NCBI GenBank assembly: GCA_016209085.1
Contig: JACQWV010000017.1
Span: 1 to 60,339 of the forward strand
From: Elusimicrobiota bacterium
GTDB taxonomy: Bacteria > Elusimicrobiota > Elusimicrobia > Elusimicrobiales > UBA9959
DNA: 60,339 bases
Direction of reading: 5' to 3'
Below are positions 31,448 through 42,520 of the stretch, one piece after another (within the stretch, counting starts at the first letter, position 1; the number at the start of each line of letters is the position of its first letter). A program made the translations under genes and the position numbers. A model generated the notes under the pieces. That model saw only the letters and a program-made list of their open reading frames with translations. It did not search any database and was not told where the DNA came from.

Positions 31448-31954
31448 ATGAAAAAAGGATTCACTTTGGTAGAATTGGTAGTCGTCGTCGTAATACTCGG
31501 AATTCTTGCCAGCATTGCGATTCCGCAATATAATAAAGTCATTGAAAGTTCAAAGGCCACAAATTCTCTCGCTATAGCGGGCCTTGTGGGAAACGCCAAC
31601 AGGATGTACCTCCTGGACCACCCGTCAACTTCTGAATATATAAGGGGCCGGTTGATAGGCTCCCTGGGTCCATGCGACACGGGCGCCTGTACTCCGACCA
31701 ACAACAGGGCATGCAATCTTGTATGGTGCAATTATCTGGCAAACGAGGACTGGGGTTCCAATAACATAGCGTACGAGTATTATGTATGCGACCCGAACGG
31801 CTCAGGAGGGGGGTGCTGTTCCGGAGGGTACGTATCCTGCACCAGGAGAAAGTCGGGCGCAAGTTCGCCGTACAATACATGGGGATACAGATTTACAAAT
31901 GACGGGCGATGCAGGGAATTCGGGACAGACACTCCCGCATGCCCTACGTTTTAA
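31448..31954 (+). CDS. Type IV pilin (PilA/PilE-like), cysteine-rich
   Basis: Class III signal KKG|FTLVELVVVVVILGILASIAIPQY; 10 Cys. Confidence 0.9.
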   Translation: MKKGFTLVELVVVVVILGILASIAIPQYNKVIESSKATNSLAIAGLVGNANRMYLLDHPSTSEYIRGRLIGSLGPCDTGACTPTNNRACNLVWCNYLANEDWGSNNIAYEYYVCDPNGSGGGCCSGGYVSCTRRKSGASSPYNTWGYRFTNDGRCREFGTDTPACPTF

Positions 31955-31956
31955 AA

Positions 31957-32409
31957 ATGAATAAAAAACGCAAAGGAGTCTTCCTGGTTGAATTGGTGGT
32001 GGCCGTGCTCGTTGCGGCCTCAACTTCCATGGCTATATTTTCAGTGATTTTATCCTCTTCTGTTTCGCAGAAAAGGGCTGAGAAAAAACAGAGAGCAGCC
32101 ATGGTCTTTAAAAGGGCGCAGGAGAGTCTTAAAAGTTACGTGACTGTTGAAACAGGCGGTACTTTTTTCACAACGACTCCCGGACAGGGGTGGCGGCTGC
32201 CAGGGGATTCCCTATCATGGGGTTTGACAGCCGGCGTTCACGACATAACTTCATGGATAAGCAGCGATGTGGTCTTATGCCCCCAAGGAGGGAGTCCCTC
32301 GTGCAGATTTACTTATACTGTTACAAACGAAGGCTCCTGCAGTCCGTTTGGAATCGCTGATAATTTAGCCTGCAAAAGAGTGCGTTTTGATTTGAGATAT
32401 TCAGATTAG
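31957..32409 (+). CDS. Minor pilin (PilV-like)
   Basis: MNKKRKG|VFLVELVVAVLV. Confidence 0.75.
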   Translation: MNKKRKGVFLVELVVAVLVAASTSMAIFSVILSSSVSQKRAEKKQRAAMVFKRAQESLKSYVTVETGGTFFTTTPGQGWRLPGDSLSWGLTAGVHDITSWISSDVVLCPQGGSPSCRFTYTVTNEGSCSPFGIADNLACKRVRFDLRYSD

Positions 32410-32451
32410 ATAGAGGACAGGGGATAGCGGTCAGGGGACAGCGAAGGAATT

Positions 32452-33129
32452 ATGAAACATCAACGAGCATTTACTCTTGTGGAACTTATCATAGCCACTG
32501 CGATTTTTTCATTTGTGTTGATTCCCTCCCTGGTCGCGATTTATTCCACTGCCAGCAAACATATGTTCCAGAATTACAGGCAAAACCAGATGCACAACAC
32601 GCTTTTGGTTTCAATGAAGGCCATTCAGAACGCCCTTGCAGGAGCCACAAGGGTAGACAGCCCCGCAATCAACACAAACAGCGATAGATTGGCTTTTGCC
32701 GAAAATGTGGATTCAGTGACAGGATGCTATCCCATAGACTCCAACTCCCCGGTCTACTGGCATTATTTTTGCATAAGCGGCACCAGATTCTATTACCATC
32801 GCAGCAATCCAATCGGGGGCGGCGGAGGTTGTCCCCAGGGCGGAGCATTTGGAAATCCGTATCCTTCCTGCGGAGCATCCACTCCCGTAAGGATGGAACT
32901 GGCGAATGACTGGACTCTGCCTACTCTTTCAGTCCAGTTCACAAGGCGTTCCGGCATGTTTGACCCTGATATCGGCCTGGTAGTGACCGAGCCTGACCTG
33001 GTTGAAATAAGATTAGGCGTTAACTGGCAGCCAACCGGCGGATATCGGGCTACTGCCCGACCAGTAGTGACGACTCTTGTTTCAAAAGTGCGGGTCAACC
33101 TGTCGTGCACCAGGCTAAATTGTCAATAG
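32452..33129 (+). CDS. Minor pilin (PilW-like)
   Basis: RA|FTLVELIIATAIFS. Confidence 0.8.
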   Translation: MKHQRAFTLVELIIATAIFSFVLIPSLVAIYSTASKHMFQNYRQNQMHNTLLVSMKAIQNALAGATRVDSPAINTNSDRLAFAENVDSVTGCYPIDSNSPVYWHYFCISGTRFYYHRSNPIGGGGGCPQGGAFGNPYPSCGASTPVRMELANDWTLPTLSVQFTRRSGMFDPDIGLVVTEPDLVEIRLGVNWQPTGGYRATARPVVTTLVSKVRVNLSCTRLNCQ

Positions 33130-33141
33130 TAATCAGATATT

Positions 33142-33444
33142 ATGAAGATGAAATCAAGGAAAGGGGCGATTTTATTGCAGACAACTGTTACATGCATACT
33201 TGTCGCCATTATAGGAGTCATGATTTTGAAATGGGCATTATTGAGATATTTCCTTGCAGGAAAGGCGTACCAGAACGTCGGCGCCAGGGCCCGCGCTGAA
33301 GGCTATTTGATGAACAGGGTGTCTTACTGGAACTATCAGGTTGCGCCCTCTGCCGCATCAGAACTGTTTGACAATCAATATACTGTCAGCGTCAGATTAA
33401 CTCCTCCTCCGGCAAATGAAATAACCGTAGAACACAATCCATAA
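33142..33444 (+). CDS. Minor pilin (PilX/GspK-like, short)
   Basis: RKG|AILLQ hydrophobic helix lacking Glu5; last in the pilin run. Confidence 0.6.
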   Translation: MKMKSRKGAILLQTTVTCILVAIIGVMILKWALLRYFLAGKAYQNVGARARAEGYLMNRVSYWNYQVAPSAASELFDNQYTVSVRLTPPPANEITVEHNP

Positions 33445-33555
33445 GAGTCAGGAATCCAATAAAACCAGTGACAAGTTGCAAGTTTCAAGTCACAAGTGAA
33501 AACCTGTAACTTGTGACCTGTGACCTCAAACTCTTTAGTATGATATACTTTTCTT

Positions 33556-34416
33556 ATGCCGCAATTTTTAGGCGCAGTTTGCATTTTTCTTGCTTTTTTG
33601 AATTTTTCGCTGCAAGCTGGAACCTGGCAGGTCAAGAAAACCCCTCATTTTGAGATTTATCACGAATCCGACTGGACCCCCCATTCCATTGCCATTGAAC
33701 TTGAGAGAATATATGGCCAGCTGCGCATGAACCTTTCCATGTTTGCGCCGTGGATGGTGACTGAAAAAACCAGAATATACATTCACCGGAACAAGAATTC
33801 CTACCTGAACGGCGAATTCAATCCTCCTGCCTGGTCAAAGGGTCTTGCTTTTTTTGATAAAAAGGCGGTTGTGGTCTATGATTCCGGCGATCTGGTGAAA
33901 CTCAGAGCCGTCATAACCCATGAATTGACTCACCTTTACTTTGAAAGTTTCTATGCCGAAAGTCTTAAATTTCCTCCCCAATGGCTTAACGAGGGTCTGG
34001 CAGTGCTCATGGAGGACGCTTCCTATTCCCGCGGCAAAGGCCCGTGGAGCGCGGCTCTCAAATACGCTCCTGAGGAAAGATTTGAAAATTTTGAGGTTTT
34101 TTCCAGAGTTGATTTGCGGAACATGAGAAACGAATCAGTCCAGAAAATCGGGGACTGGTACCTTCACGCATTCGGCATTGCCGGCTTTCTATACGGCCGA
34201 ACAAAGAGAATCCAGTTTAAAAATTTCTGCGTTATGAACAGGAAAGGGGAGACTCTTGAAAAATCCCTGTGGGAAGCCTACAGGTACAAAAATCCGAGGC
34301 ATTTTGAAGATGAATGGCGCAAATGGCTCAGAACCTACGGGGCAAAAGAGACGGACAAATTTTCAAGCGGTTTCTCTTCAGCGAGTTTTGAATTTATCCC
34401 CTTCAAAAGCAAATGA
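33556..34416 (+). CDS. Exported clan MA (gluzincin-like) metallopeptidase domain protein
   Basis: Signal peptide; TPHFEIY; HELTH..WLNEGLA. Confidence 0.8.
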   Translation: MPQFLGAVCIFLAFLNFSLQAGTWQVKKTPHFEIYHESDWTPHSIAIELERIYGQLRMNLSMFAPWMVTEKTRIYIHRNKNSYLNGEFNPPAWSKGLAFFDKKAVVVYDSGDLVKLRAVITHELTHLYFESFYAESLKFPPQWLNEGLAVLMEDASYSRGKGPWSAALKYAPEERFENFEVFSRVDLRNMRNESVQKIGDWYLHAFGIAGFLYGRTKRIQFKNFCVMNRKGETLEKSLWEAYRYKNPRHFEDEWRKWLRTYGAKETDKFSSGFSSASFEFIPFKSK

Positions 34417-37248
34417 CAAAAACGGTCCCGTGCTGGTTTGAGACGATTTCATTATGTCCGGAGCATGCCCTGAAAAAGTCAGATACCCGCCCTTATCGCC
34501 TCCTTCGGGCCCGAGTTCAATAATCCAGTCGGAGGAGCCTATTACATCCAGATTGTGTTCAATTACGACTACCGTATTTCCCCTGTCAACTAATGTGTGA
34601 AGAACTTTAAGAAGTTTTTCCACGTCCGCGAAATGCAGGCCGGTCGTGGGCTCGTCAAGCAGGTATAATGTCCTGCCCGCGCTTTTTTTTGCAAGCTGGT
34701 CCGCTAATTTAAGTCTCTGCGCTTCTCCGCCTGAAAGGGTGGTTCCGCTCTGTCCGAGTTTTATGTAGTCAAGCCCCACTTCCAGCATGGTCTTGAGGAT
34801 TTTTAATATGTGAGGCATGTCCCTGAAAAGTCCGGCGGCTTCCGCCGCGGACATGTCAAGAATTTCCGCTATGTTTTTGCCTTTGAATTTTATTTCAAGA
34901 GTGTCTTCGTTAAACCGCCTGCCGCGGCACGCTTCGCACGTGACATAGACGTCCGGCAGGAACTGCATCTGTATTTTTATGTTGCCGTCTCCCTGGCAGG
35001 ATTCGCACCTGCCTCCTTTGACGTTGAAAGAAAATCTTCCCGGTTTGTAGCCCCTGCGTTTTGACTCGGGCAGCATTGAAAAGAGCTGCCGTATGTGAGT
35101 AAATACGCCGGTATAAGTGGCGGGATTTGACCTCGGAGTTCTTCCTATGGGCGATTGGTCCGCTATTATCACCTTGTCTATGTAATCCGTTCCTGTCACG
35201 GAGCGGAATCTGCCGGGCTGCTCTTTTGAGTTATGCAGTTTCCGGGCAAGGCCTTTGTAAATGATTTCGTAAAGAAGAGTGGATTTTCCCGAACCTGAAA
35301 CGCCGCAAAGAGCGGTGAAAAGTCCTATGGGTATTTTAACGTCAAGGTTTTTCAGATTAAACTGGGACGCTTTTTTAAATTCAATGAATTTTTTTGGGGA
35401 GGCTTTTGAGCCGGGTTTAAACCGAGGATTTGGACTTTTTAAAAATTTTCCGGTCAGAGAACGCTCGTTTTTGATTATTGCGTCAAGCGGACCCTGCGCA
35501 ACCACTTCTCCGCCGTTCAATCCGGCTCCGGGCCCCAGGTCTATGATATAATCAGAGTTCCTGATGACCGCTTCGTCATGCTCAACGACTATCAGGGTAT
35601 TTCCAATATCCCTGAGCGCCTTTAAAGTATTTATGAGTCTTGCATTGTCTTTCTGATGAAGCCCCATCGTGGGCTCGTCCAGAACGTATAAAACGCCGGT
35701 CAATCCGGAACCTATCTGCGTGGCAAGATGTATTCTCTGCGCCTCTCCTCCTGAAAGCGTTTCTGATTTTCTGTCCAGGGCAATGTACGACAAACCTACG
35801 TCAACCAGAAATTTCAGCCTTGAATTTATTTCTTTAAGAATCAGTTTCGCTATTTGCCTTTCCTTCTCGTCAATGTCCATCCCGGCTGCGAATTCCATTA
35901 TGCCGGATATCGGCATTGAGGAGATTTCTACGATGTTTTTCCCGCATACAAAAACGCTCAATCCCTCCTTTTTAAGTCTTTTTCCCCGGCAGGCCGGACA
36001 GGTCCTTTCCCTGATAAAACGCCTGTAAATTTCTTCTTTTACGTATGAGGATTCGGTTTCCCTGTATCTTCTTTCCATGTTTTTTATAACACCCTCAAAT
36101 CCGCTCGCCGGATCTCCGTAAAGCAGGAAGTCTCTTTTTTCTTTGGGGATGTCTTTCCATGGAGACTCTATGGAAATTGAATGCCCGGCGCATACGTTTT
36201 TAATCATGCCCGCATAATATCCTGACCATGAATTTTTCCATCTGTGGGTTCTCGTGGTAATGGGGTCTGCCCATGCTTTAATTGCGCCTTCTGAGATGGT
36301 CGTTGACGGGTCCGGAACCACAAGTTCCTCGTCTATTTCCATTTTGATTCCGAGCCCGCCGCACTCTGCGCACGCGCCGTAAGGAGAATTAAACGAAAAC
36401 AGTCTCGGCTCAAGTTCTGGAAAGCCCCTGCCGCAGCCCGGACACGCGGTTTTTTCGCTGTATGCCAGCCTGCGGGCGGCCGGAACAGGGCGGCATTGTC
36501 CGCAATTGGTGCCGCGAGCGCTGCGAGCGGCCTTTTCCTGGATTTCAAGCAAAAGCCGGCCGTCTGATTTGCCTAACGCCAGTTCAACAGAATCCGTCAG
36601 CCGTTCTTTCTGGGTCTCTGATGCCGTTAACTCGTCCACGAAGAGGTCTATGTCGTGCTTGACGTAGCGTTTTAAAGCCGGGACAGAATCCATTCCATGC
36701 AGTTTCCCGTCCACCCGGACTTTTACAAACCCGCTTTTTTTGAGCCGGGTGAACAATTCTTCATAAGTTCCGGTTCTTCCGCTTACCAGGGGGGAGAATA
36801 TTTTTATTTTTTTGTTCTTGTGTCTGGAAATCATGTCTGAGACAATCTGCTGAACCGACCATGATTTGACCGGAAGCCGGCATTCAGGGCAGGCGGGCAT
36901 GCCTATTCTGGCAAAGAGAAGACGCAGGTAGTCGTAAATTTCGGTAACCGTCCCGACGGTGGAGCGGGGGTTTCTGGAAGGAGCGTGCTGTTGTATGGCT
37001 ATGGAGGGAGACAGGCCCTCAATATAATCCACATCCGGCTTATCCATCTGTTCAAGAAACTGCCTGGCGTAAGCCGAAAGGCTTTCCACGTATCTTCTCT
37101 GGCCTTCCGCGTAAATAGTGTCAAAGGCGAGGCTGGATTTTCCCGAACCGGACAAGCCCGTTATCACAACCAGTTTGTTTTTCGGGATTTCAAGGTTTAT
37201 GTTTTTGAGATTATGCTGTCTCGCCCCGGCGATTTTAATAGTATCCAT
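34378..37248 (-). CDS. uvrA: Excinuclease ABC subunit A
   Basis: [23 protein letters not shown], two LSGGEAQR motifs, Zn fingers. Confidence 0.98.
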   Translation of the reverse strand: MDTIKIAGARQHNLKNINLEIPKNKLVVITGLSGSGKSSLAFDTIYAEGQRRYVESLSAYARQFLEQMDKPDVDYIEGLSPSIAIQQHAPSRNPRSTVGTVTEIYDYLRLLFARIGMPACPECRLPVKSWSVQQIVSDMISRHKNKKIKIFSPLVSGRTGTYEELFTRLKKSGFVKVRVDGKLHGMDSVPALKRYVKHDIDLFVDELTASETQKERLTDSVELALGKSDGRLLLEIQEKAARSARGTNCGQCRPVPAARRLAYSEKTACPGCGRGFPELEPRLFSFNSPYGACAECGGLGIKMEIDEELVVPDPSTTISEGAIKAWADPITTRTHRWKNSWSGYYAGMIKNVCAGHSISIESPWKDIPKEKRDFLLYGDPASGFEGVIKNMERRYRETESSYVKEEIYRRFIRERTCPACRGKRLKKEGLSVFVCGKNIVEISSMPISGIMEFAAGMDIDEKERQIAKLILKEINSRLKFLVDVGLSYIALDRKSETLSGGEAQRIHLATQIGSGLTGVLYVLDEPTMGLHQKDNARLINTLKALRDIGNTLIVVEHDEAVIRNSDYIIDLGPGAGLNGGEVVAQGPLDAIIKNERSLTGKFLKSPNPRFKPGSKASPKKFIEFKKASQFNLKNLDVKIPIGLFTALCGVSGSGKSTLLYEIIYKGLARKLHNSKEQPGRFRSVTGTDYIDKVIIADQSPIGRTPRSNPATYTGVFTHIRQLFSMLPESKRRGYKPGRFSFNVKGGRCESCQGDGNIKIQMQFLPDVYVTCEACRGRRFNEDTLEIKFKGKNIAEILDMSAAEAAGLFRDMPHILKILKTMLEVGLDYIKLGQSGTTLSGGEAQRLKLADQLAKKSAGRTLYLLDEPTTGLHFADVEKLLKVLHTLVDRGNTVVVIEHNLDVIGSSDWIIELGPEGGDKGGYLTFSGHAPDIMKSSQTSTGPFLSFAFEGDKFKTR

Positions 37249-37250
37249 AG

Positions 37251-37340
37251 AACCAGTCACAAGTTGCAAGTTTCAAGTCACAAGTTCTTTCTCTTCAGTT
37301 TCCGTTACTTGTGACATGCGACCTGTGACTTGTGACCTGC
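37251..37340. repeat. Inverted TCACAAG heptamer arrays (also 33463-33527, 16960-16991, 25736-25770, 44661-44693)
   Basis: 24-bp AAGTTGCAAGTTTCAAGTCACAAG identical at 16960, 33473 and 37261. Confidence 0.85.
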
Positions 37341-37341
37341 T

Positions 37342-38934
37342 TTATGAGTATCTGTCCACGACAGTGTTCTTCGCGTATTCAGGCGAAGAGTCAGGGTAAT
37401 TTATGTTGAAATGCAGCGCCCTGGATTCCTTTCTGGACTGAGCGGATTTTATTATCTGTTCGGCCAGGCAAGCGATGTTTCTTAATTCCAGTATGTCCCT
37501 CGTAAGGTAAAAATCCCAGTAATACTTTAATATTTCTTCGGATATGATTTTCATTCTTCTCTCAGCGCGTTCAAGCCGCTTGTCGCTCCGTACTATTCCC
37601 ACGTAATTCCACATGAGAGCGCGTATTTCATCCCAGTTGTGGCTGATTATAACCGCTTCGTCGCCGGATTTTGCATTGCCCGTGTTCCATATCTCGGTTT
37701 TTTTATGTTCTTTTATCGCTGATGTATCTTGTTTGATTGCAAGATAAGCCCTGTGGCTGAATACGCAGCATTCCAGCAGGGAGTTGGAGGCTAAACGGTT
37801 GGCGCCGTGAAGCCCGGTATGAGCTGCTTCTCCAACTGCATAAAGCCCGTTCATGGCTGTCCGGGACCATTCATCTGCTTCCACGCCTCCGCAGAAAAAA
37901 TGAGCGGCCGGCACTACCGGGATCGGATCTATGGTTATGTCTATTCCCATAGAAGAGCATTTCTGATGGATATTCGGGAATCTTTTTCTTATAAAGCCGG
38001 GATTTAAACGGGTTATGTCCAGATAAACGCACTCATCTCCGGTCTTTTTAAGTTCAAAGTCAATTGCCCGGGCCACAATGTCTCTTGGCGCAAGTTCTTT
38101 CTCTACCGAGTATTTGCGCATGAAAGGGGTTCCGTCCGCAAGCCGCAGAACAGCTCCTTCGCCTCTCAGCGCCTCTGATATGAGAAAAGACTTTGCTTTG
38201 TGATGGTAAAGACATGTGGGATGGAACTGGACGAATTCCATGTTTACAAGCCTCAAACCGGCCCTGTACGCCATTGCCATGCCGTCGCCGGTCGCAGTAT
38301 CCGGGTTTGAAGTGTAAAGGTAAACTTTTCCGGCCCCTCCGGAGGCAAGTACGGTTTTGCCCGCCATGAAACTGTGAATTTCGCCTGTTTTTTCATCAAG
38401 AACATAACAGCCGGAACAAGCGTTGTTTTCCGGTCTTGTCTGAGACGGATGAAAGCCGCAAATCAGGTCAACGGCAATATGGCGCTCAAAAATTTTTATT
38501 TTCGGATTGCTCCCGCAGGCTTTGATAAGAGCGGATTCAATCTCCCGGCCCGTGAAATCCCCGGCGTGCATGATGCGTCTTTTTGAATGTCCGCCTTCAA
38601 GACCCAAATCAAAAGAATTTCCATTTCTGGTGAAATTTACTCCAAGTTCAATAAGTTCTTTTATCCTTTCATGTCCTTCCTGCACCGTTATCCGGACTAT
38701 GTCCGGATCGGAAAGTCCGCTTCCCGTGTTGATGGTGTCTTCTATATGATTCTCAAAAGAGTCAGACGGATCTATTACCGAAGCTATACCGCCCTGGGCA
38801 AGCTCGGTGTTTGAGGAGCCGATGTCTCTCTTGGTAACTATGTTTACGGTTCCGATAGAGGCCAGTTTATGCGCCGTAAACAGGCCTGAAAGCCCGCTCC
38901 CTATTACCAGAAAGTCAGAAGTATATATGGACAT
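37342..38934 (-). CDS. nadB: L-aspartate oxidase
   Basis: [39 protein letters not shown]. Confidence 0.96.
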   Translation of the reverse strand: MSIYTSDFLVIGSGLSGLFTAHKLASIGTVNIVTKRDIGSSNTELAQGGIASVIDPSDSFENHIEDTINTGSGLSDPDIVRITVQEGHERIKELIELGVNFTRNGNSFDLGLEGGHSKRRIMHAGDFTGREIESALIKACGSNPKIKIFERHIAVDLICGFHPSQTRPENNACSGCYVLDEKTGEIHSFMAGKTVLASGGAGKVYLYTSNPDTATGDGMAMAYRAGLRLVNMEFVQFHPTCLYHHKAKSFLISEALRGEGAVLRLADGTPFMRKYSVEKELAPRDIVARAIDFELKKTGDECVYLDITRLNPGFIRKRFPNIHQKCSSMGIDITIDPIPVVPAAHFFCGGVEADEWSRTAMNGLYAVGEAAHTGLHGANRLASNSLLECCVFSHRAYLAIKQDTSAIKEHKKTEIWNTGNAKSGDEAVIISHNWDEIRALMWNYVGIVRSDKRLERAERRMKIISEEILKYYWDFYLTRDILELRNIACLAEQIIKSAQSRKESRALHFNINYPDSSPEYAKNTVVDRYS

Positions 38935-39059
38935 ATGGAAAAGCAGATTGAGATTAAGGTTAAGATTAAGAAAAAATCAATTTGGCAAAAACTTTTCTAT
39001 TACTTTATTGTGTAACGCTATAATATAATATTACAATATTTATCAATGGAATTTTTAAA

Positions 39060-40130
39060 ATGAAATCAAAACTTTTTGTGGTCCTGCCTGCGGCTTTATC
39101 TGTCGCCATACTTATATGGCTCATATATCCCAGAGCGCACGCGTTACTGGACGTTCTTAAAAACGCGGACCTGTTTTTTCTCGGATTTTGCATGGTATTT
39201 GCGGTTTCCAGTTATTCCTTCATGGGCCTTACCCTGTGGGAGGTTCTTAAACTTCTGCATTACAGACTTCCCTTCTGGGAAACCGGCGGCATAGCTCTCG
39301 TATCAACGGCCGCTAATTATTTTTTTTCCTCAGGCGGGATAAGCGGATTCGCTCTCAGGGCGCACCTTTTGAGCAAACGGCGCATACCTTACGGAATATG
39401 CGTCACCACATCCGTGGTAATCAGCGTTTTCATTTACCTGGTCCTCTCCATCCTGATTCTTCAGGGAATGATTCTCCAGCTGTTGAAAACCCATGAATTC
39501 GGTTTGAGATTTTTTGAGAGTCTGCTGGGAATTATCTTTCTTCTCGGATTCGCTTTTTTTCTTGTTTTGCTGTTCTTCCGCCATGAGATGCGTTCAAAAT
39601 GGAGCAAGAAATTATATCACGGAGTAAACCATATCATTTATTTCTTTTCAAAAAAGGAAATACCCAGGGAAACCTTCAACCAGTTTGAACACCAGCTGAA
39701 CAGGGGCATTCACACGATACACTCAAGAAAATACGAGCTTCCAAAGGTCATAGGCTACGTATGCATGGACTGGATATCCACGCTTTTAATCCTGTATTTT
39801 GCGTTCATGGCGGTCGGAATCAACATGGGAACCAGCAAACTTATCATAGGTTTTTCTTTCGGCATGGCCATGACCGTGATTCCGGTCCTTCCCGGAGGGC
39901 TCGGAGCCATGGAAGCTGCCATGACGGCCGTTTTTTTCCAGATGGGAATAAGCTGGGAAAAAGCCCTTGCCGCAAGCCTCATCTACAGATTTTTTTATTA
40001 CCTTCTGCCGGCTTTTTTTGCGATTTTTATATACTGGGGATTAAAAATATCCGAGCCTGAATATTTCTGCAAAGCTCAGTATTACAAAACGCAAGGCAGA
40101 GAAGGGGTGAAGGATAAGTGGGAAGGATAA
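39060..40130 (+). CDS. Lysylphosphatidylglycerol-synthase TM / flippase-like membrane protein
   Basis: Multiple TMs; IPVLPGGLGAMEA; LIYRFFYYLLP. Confidence 0.85.
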   Translation: MKSKLFVVLPAALSVAILIWLIYPRAHALLDVLKNADLFFLGFCMVFAVSSYSFMGLTLWEVLKLLHYRLPFWETGGIALVSTAANYFFSSGGISGFALRAHLLSKRRIPYGICVTTSVVISVFIYLVLSILILQGMILQLLKTHEFGLRFFESLLGIIFLLGFAFFLVLLFFRHEMRSKWSKKLYHGVNHIIYFFSKKEIPRETFNQFEHQLNRGIHTIHSRKYELPKVIGYVCMDWISTLLILYFAFMAVGINMGTSKLIIGFSFGMAMTVIPVLPGGLGAMEAAMTAVFFQMGISWEKALAASLIYRFFYYLLPAFFAIFIYWGLKISEPEYFCKAQYYKTQGREGVKDKWEG

Positions 40131-40175
40131 AGGATAAGCGGAAAGGAAAAGAGAAATGAGCAAACAGGGAACAAT

Positions 40176-40559
40176 ATGGCTGAAATAAAAAAGAAAATAC
40201 TCATTGTTGAAGACAGCAGGAGCATTACGGGCGTTCTTAAAGAGGTTCTGGAACAGGAAGGATATACGGTTTTTGTGACACACGACGGGATAGACGGCAT
40301 AAGAATCGCAAAAAGGGAGAAACCGGATATTGTGCTTCTGGATTTGCTTTTGCCTAAAATAAGCGGATACGAAATATTAGATATGATTAAAAAAGACAAT
40401 TCCACGCGGCACGTGCCGGTTCTCATCATTTCCACTCTGGACACCCCTGAAAGCGTTGAAAAATCCAAATTATGCGGCGCAAAGAATTTCATAAAAAAAC
40501 CTTACAATCTGGACGACCTTCTGGCAGAGATAAAAAATACTCTCCGGCAGGGTTCCTGA
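40176..40559 (+). CDS. Single-domain response regulator
   Basis: ILIVEDS, PDIVLLDLLLP, GAKNFIKKP. Confidence 0.92.
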   Translation: MAEIKKKILIVEDSRSITGVLKEVLEQEGYTVFVTHDGIDGIRIAKREKPDIVLLDLLLPKISGYEILDMIKKDNSTRHVPVLIISTLDTPESVEKSKLCGAKNFIKKPYNLDDLLAEIKNTLRQGS

Positions 40560-41389
40560 AATCAGTCTACTCTATTCTGATAGCCGGTTTCGGACCCCAG
40601 GGCTGGTGGCCTTTGTCGCACCCTTCCCTAGGGTTCCAGTCACCGCTTTCAGCGGGATTCCGCAGAATGAGGAACAAGTCTGCAAAGTCAGGGCGGAATA
40701 ACCGCCCAGCCTCTCAAGGTCATCCTGGGAGAAAATCAGGGCTTTCAGAATCTGAAAGATTTGAAATCTGCGTCGGCGCCATACTCACCCAGAACACTTC
40801 GTGGAAAAATGTTGAAAAAGCCATTGAATCCCTTAACAGAAACAGGATGATGGAGCCGCGGAAACTCTATTCAGCGCCTTTGATTAGGCTTTCTTCTTTA
40901 ATAAAGTCATCGGGTTTTTTCAGGCAAAAAGCCGTCAAAATAAAGCGGTTTTCAGAATACCTTTTAAAAAAACATCCTGAAGGCATTTCTGAATGGTTTA
41001 AAAACAGCAATCCGGAGGAATTGAGGGATGAACTGTTTGCCATGTACGGCATAGGTCCCGAGACCGCTGATTCAATCGTTCTCTATGCGGCTGAAAAACC
41101 GAAATTCGTGATAGACGCTTATACTTTGAGAATTTTTGCAAGAATAGGGATATTTAATTCCCCTTTGACAAAAGGGGTGGTCCGCCTTAGGCGGAACGGG
41201 GTATTTAAGAACTATCATGAGGCGCAGAAATGCTTTGAAGAAAATCTGCCGAAAGATACGCTCATGTATCAGGAATACCATGCCCTTCTTGTGAAATTAG
41301 GAAAAGATTTTTGTAAGAAAAAGAATCCTCTATGCGTCGGGTGCCCCATAGAAGTTTTATGCAAGAAAAAAATTCAGGACAAAAAATAG
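40472..41389 (+). CDS. Endonuclease III-related HhH-GPD protein with FeS motif (start uncertain)
   Basis: GPQGWWP, FEICVGAILTQNTSW, GIGPETADSI, CKKKNPLCVGCPIEVLC. Confidence 0.88.
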   Translation: MRRKEFHKKTLQSGRPSGRDKKYSPAGFLKSVYSILIAGFGPQGWWPLSHPSLGFQSPLSAGFRRMRNKSAKSGRNNRPASQGHPGRKSGLSESERFEICVGAILTQNTSWKNVEKAIESLNRNRMMEPRKLYSAPLIRLSSLIKSSGFFRQKAVKIKRFSEYLLKKHPEGISEWFKNSNPEELRDELFAMYGIGPETADSIVLYAAEKPKFVIDAYTLRIFARIGIFNSPLTKGVVRLRRNGVFKNYHEAQKCFEENLPKDTLMYQEYHALLVKLGKDFCKKKNPLCVGCPIEVLCKKKIQDKK

Positions 41390-42462
41390 AAGCTTTAATT
41401 GATAAAGGAAATTTTAAAAAAGCCTTATTAATTCTGAAGGCGTGCCGCCTCTCCCACAAGGGGAGAGGGGAGGGTGAGGAGTTAATACTTGCTGAATCAG
41501 AGTATTATTTCCTGCTTGCCGAGTGTTACAGGGGACTTGGATTTTTTGACACGGCAATAAAGCATTATTCAGCGGTCAGGGGACAGAGTACAGGGGTCAG
41601 CCCAGAGCGTTCAATTCAAACTCTGCTGCGTCTTGCGGCTTGTCACAGGGCGCTCGGAAATTCCCGGAAAGCCCTGTTTTTTGCAGAAAAAGCGTTTTCT
41701 GAATCGCTTGAATCAAGGCTCATAGTTTCAGATGCAAGACTTGAACTTGCGCTTGCATACAGATTAAAAGGAGATTTTAAAAAAGCAGAAAAAGAATTAA
41801 AAACTCTTTTAAAAATATATTCAAAAGAAAAAGATTTATCTGCCTTATCTTTTGTTTTATGGGCTCTTGGAGGGGTTTACAGACTTGAGGGCAGGCACAA
41901 GGAGTCAATCGCTGCTTTTAAAACTTCCATAAAACACGGGCTTAAGACAGGAGATAAAATTTCCTCGGGTTATTCCATGTTCGGCCTTGCGGGAGTTATG
42001 CGGATAGCGGGATTTATTGATAAATCGGAATATTATTACAGAAAAGCCAGAGACATATTTTCAAAGACCCAGGACATCTTCGGCAAAGCTTATTCTGAAT
42101 GCGGGCTTGCCAATGCTTTGAGACAGAAAGGACTCCTGCAGGAAGCGTTAAAACGCTACGCAAAAGCTCATCGTTTGTATTCCCTGATACGCGACCGGGC
42201 TGATCTGGGCTTTGTTGAATGGGGAACCGGAGAGATATTAAAAAAACAGGGAAAACTCAGAGAGGCATTAAAGCATTTCATAAAAGCGTTGAATCTTTTC
42301 AAAAACAAGTCTGAAATCAGGGGGGAAATACTTGCTGAAATTTCAATCGCCCAGATTTTGTATCTGCTCGGAAATCCCCGGCAAGCCGATGGAGTTTACT
42401 TTAAAGCAGTCAAAAAAGCCCGGAAACGCAAATTACGCGCATATATTGAAACTTTTACTTAG
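41359..42462 (+). CDS. Tetratricopeptide repeat protein
   Basis: Repeated LA/LG..YR..G...A helices. Confidence 0.8.
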   Translation: MQEKNSGQKIEALIDKGNFKKALLILKACRLSHKGRGEGEELILAESEYYFLLAECYRGLGFFDTAIKHYSAVRGQSTGVSPERSIQTLLRLAACHRALGNSRKALFFAEKAFSESLESRLIVSDARLELALAYRLKGDFKKAEKELKTLLKIYSKEKDLSALSFVLWALGGVYRLEGRHKESIAAFKTSIKHGLKTGDKISSGYSMFGLAGVMRIAGFIDKSEYYYRKARDIFSKTQDIFGKAYSECGLANALRQKGLLQEALKRYAKAHRLYSLIRDRADLGFVEWGTGEILKKQGKLREALKHFIKALNLFKNKSEIRGEILAEISIAQILYLLGNPRQADGVYFKAVKKARKRKLRAYIETFT

Positions 42463-42520
42463 CTTCGCTTTCAGAATTAAGTCACTTAATTCTTACTGCT
42501 TACTACTTAATCCTTATTTT

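Noticed and set aside
34378-34416. 39-bp convergent overlap of the peptidase gene and uvrA
   Set aside because: Common in compact genomes; no further signal.
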